Shown: positions 62,187 to 64,000 of the stretch, in pieces
Layout of the letters: every line of letters starts with the position of its first letter
Numbering within the stretch: the stretch's first letter is position 1
From: Escherichia coli 042
GTDB taxonomy: Bacteria > Pseudomonadota > Gammaproteobacteria > Enterobacterales > Enterobacteriaceae
Assembly (NCBI RefSeq): GCF_000027125.1
Contig: NC_017626.1
DNA length: 64,000 nucleotides
Reading direction: 5' to 3' (one strand)
Notes under the pieces: model-generated
What the model was told of the DNA's origin: nothing
The model's database searches: none
The model's input: the letters and a program-made list of their open reading frames with translations, nothing else
Made by a program: the position numbers and the translations under genes

Positions 62187-64000
62187 ATGGCAGAGCAAAC
62201 CTCGCGTCTCGCAATAATTATTGATAGCACTGGAGCGAAAAATAATGCTGACAATCTGGCCTCCTCATTAGTCAAAATGACGCAGGCTGGGGAAACTGCT
62301 GCAAATAGCGCAGGGAAAGTGACTAAGGCAACAGAAGATGAGAAGAACGCGCTCGCAAAATTAAAAGCAGCTATTGATCCAGTTGGTGCCGCAATTGATA
62401 CTGTCGGTCGACGCTATTCTGAATTAAAGAAATTTTTCGATAAAGGGCTTATTGATAAAGAAGAATATGAATTTCTTGTCCGTAAACTTAATGAAACCAC
62501 AGAGGAATTGAGCGGGGTTGCGCAAGCGCAGAGAGAAGCCGAGAAGGCCGGAAAACTTGCTGCCGCCCAGCAGGAAGCGCAGGCTCAGGTCTTTCAAAGA
62601 ATGCTGGACAAGATCGACCCTCTGGCTGCGGCGCTAAGAAATCTTGAACAACAGCAGGATGAACTTAATGCTGCGTTTGCATCCGGGAAAATAAATGGTT
62701 CTCAGTTTGAGAATTATAGCCGAAAAATACAGGAAACACGGCGAGAGCTTACCGGAGAGGCTCAGGCAGAGCGAGAAGCAGCAAAAGCACATGATGAACA
62801 GGTTGCTGCTTTGCAACGTCTGATTGCTCAACTTGATCCTGTCGGAACTGCTTTTAATCGTCTGGTAGAACAACAGAAACAGCTCAATGAAGCAAAAGCT
62901 AAGGGGATGCTTTCTCCTGAAATGTATGAGGAGCTTTCTGGAAAACTTCGTGCTATGCGGAGTGAGCTTGAGGTTACTCAATCGCAATTAAGCAAAACCG
63001 GAATGTCGGCAAAACAAACGGCTTTTGCTATGCGCATGTTGCCTGCACAAATGACGGATATTGTTGTTGGGTTGTCCACTGGTCAGTCGCCATTTATGGT
63101 GTTAATGCAGCAGGGCGGCCAGCTAAAAGATATGTTCGGTGGGATTGGCCCGGCGATCAAAGGTGTAGGTTCTTATGTGCTGGGATTAATTAATCCTTTT
63201 ACCCTGGCCGCAGCAGCCGTTGGCGTCTTAGGGCTGGCTTACTATAAAGGCTCTCAGGAGCAGGACGAATTTAATAAATCTCTTATTCTTACCGGAAATC
63301 AGTTGGGGACAACCAGCGGGCAATTGGCCGATATAGCTCAACGTGCCGGGAATGCGGCTGATTCGACAACTGGCGCAGCGGCGGCAGTATTAAACCAGCT
63401 TGTGCGTTCGGGAAAGGTAGCGAGCAGTTCGCTGGAGCAAGTGACGACAGCGATAGTAAAAACGAGCGAAGTAACAGGAATATCAACCGAACAACTGGTT
63501 AATGACTTCAATGAAATTGCAAAGGATCCTGTCAGTGCTATATCAAAACTTAATGATCAGTACCATTTTCTGACACTTGCGACTTATAACCAGATTAAGG
63601 CGCTACAGGATGAAGGGAACCAGCAGGAGGCCGCCCGCATTGCGACAGAAGCATACTCATCCTCAATGATCCAGCGCACCAACCAGATTAAAGAAAATCT
63701 TGGTTATCTTGAGACTGCATGGAAAGCTGTCGCAGACTCCGCAAAATGGGCATGGGATTCCATGCTGGATATTGGCCGTGAGGCCTCCCTTGATCAAAAA
63801 ATCTCAGATGTTCTCCGTCAAATTGATGAAATAGAAAAAAATACCCGACCCGGAGTTTTCGGGTTAGGTGGCATTGGAGATGGCGGAGCTCAAAATAAAA
63901 AGCTGGCACGATTAAAGCAGCAATTGGGCGTACTTCAAGCAGAAAAAATTGCTCAGGACGTACTAAATTCATCAATAAACGATTACAACAAGCGACAACA
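62187..64000 (+). CDS. Tail tape measure protein, N-terminal part (continues beyond window)
   Basis: ATG 62187 ([23 protein letters not shown]...), open to window end; coiled-coil rich, internal hydrophobic block, Gly-rich segments. Confidence 0.75.
   Translation, partial: MAEQTSRLAIIIDSTGAKNNADNLASSLVKMTQAGETAANSAGKVTKATEDEKNALAKLKAAIDPVGAAIDTVGRRYSELKKFFDKGLIDKEEYEFLVRKLNETTEELSGVAQAQREAEKAGKLAAAQQEAQAQVFQRMLDKIDPLAAALRNLEQQQDELNAAFASGKINGSQFENYSRKIQETRRELTGEAQAEREAAKAHDEQVAALQRLIAQLDPVGTAFNRLVEQQKQLNEAKAKGMLSPEMYEELSGKLRAMRSELEVTQSQLSKTGMSAKQTAFAMRMLPAQMTDIVVGLSTGQSPFMVLMQQGGQLKDMFGGIGPAIKGVGSYVLGLINPFTLAAAAVGVLGLAYYKGSQEQDEFNKSLILTGNQLGTTSGQLADIAQRAGNAADSTTGAAAAVLNQLVRSGKVASSSLEQVTTAIVKTSEVTGISTEQLVNDFNEIAKDPVSAISKLNDQYHFLTLATYNQIKALQDEGNQQEAARIATEAYSSSMIQRTNQIKENLGYLETAWKAVADSAKWAWDSMLDIGREASLDQKISDVLRQIDEIEKNTRPGVFGLGGIGDGGAQNKKLARLKQQLGVLQAEKIAQDVLNSSINDYNKRQ

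Overview
Escherichia coli-type chromosomal window in two parts; all calls rest on reading the supplied ORF translations and the nucleotide sequence against remembered protein families, with no database search or computation run. (1) Positions 1 to about 29,650 are conserved host backbone: pspA (3' end) and pspBCDE, ycjX-ycjF, tyrR, tpx, ycjG, mpaA, an intact NmrA-like gene, ycjY, ycjZ, mppA, ynaI, ynaJ, an IS200-like insertion, uspE, fnr, ogt, abgTBA/abgR, the sRNA mcaS, smrA, dgcM, zntB, the sRNA fnrS with its FNR box, dbpA and ttcA. (2) From about 29,650 to the window end is the integrase-proximal part of a Rac-type lambdoid prophage inserted beside ttcA. It carries intR/xis, lar, a recE/recT-type recombination pair with a divergent nuclease domain and annealing partner, racC, ydaE, kilR, sieB, ydaFG, racR, ydaSTUV, a nin-like region with a QueH-like (DUF208) gene, hokD and a YbcO-like gene, a putative Q antiterminator, two phage tRNAs (Thr-UGU, Gly-UCC), a phage-21-like lysis cassette, the trkG moron, a ParB-like nuclease plus a DxD-motif protein, terminase, portal, capsid and tail genes with a G/GT -1 frameshift, and the 5' part of the tape-measure gene. 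Unlike the defective K-12 Rac as I remember it, this copy looks structurally complete. No CRISPR array, rRNA or stx genes were seen. The most interesting candidates are the accessory genes inside the prophage: the QueH-like gene, the ParB-like/DxD pair, the ORF-poor segment between the tRNAs and the holin, and the mosaic recombination module.
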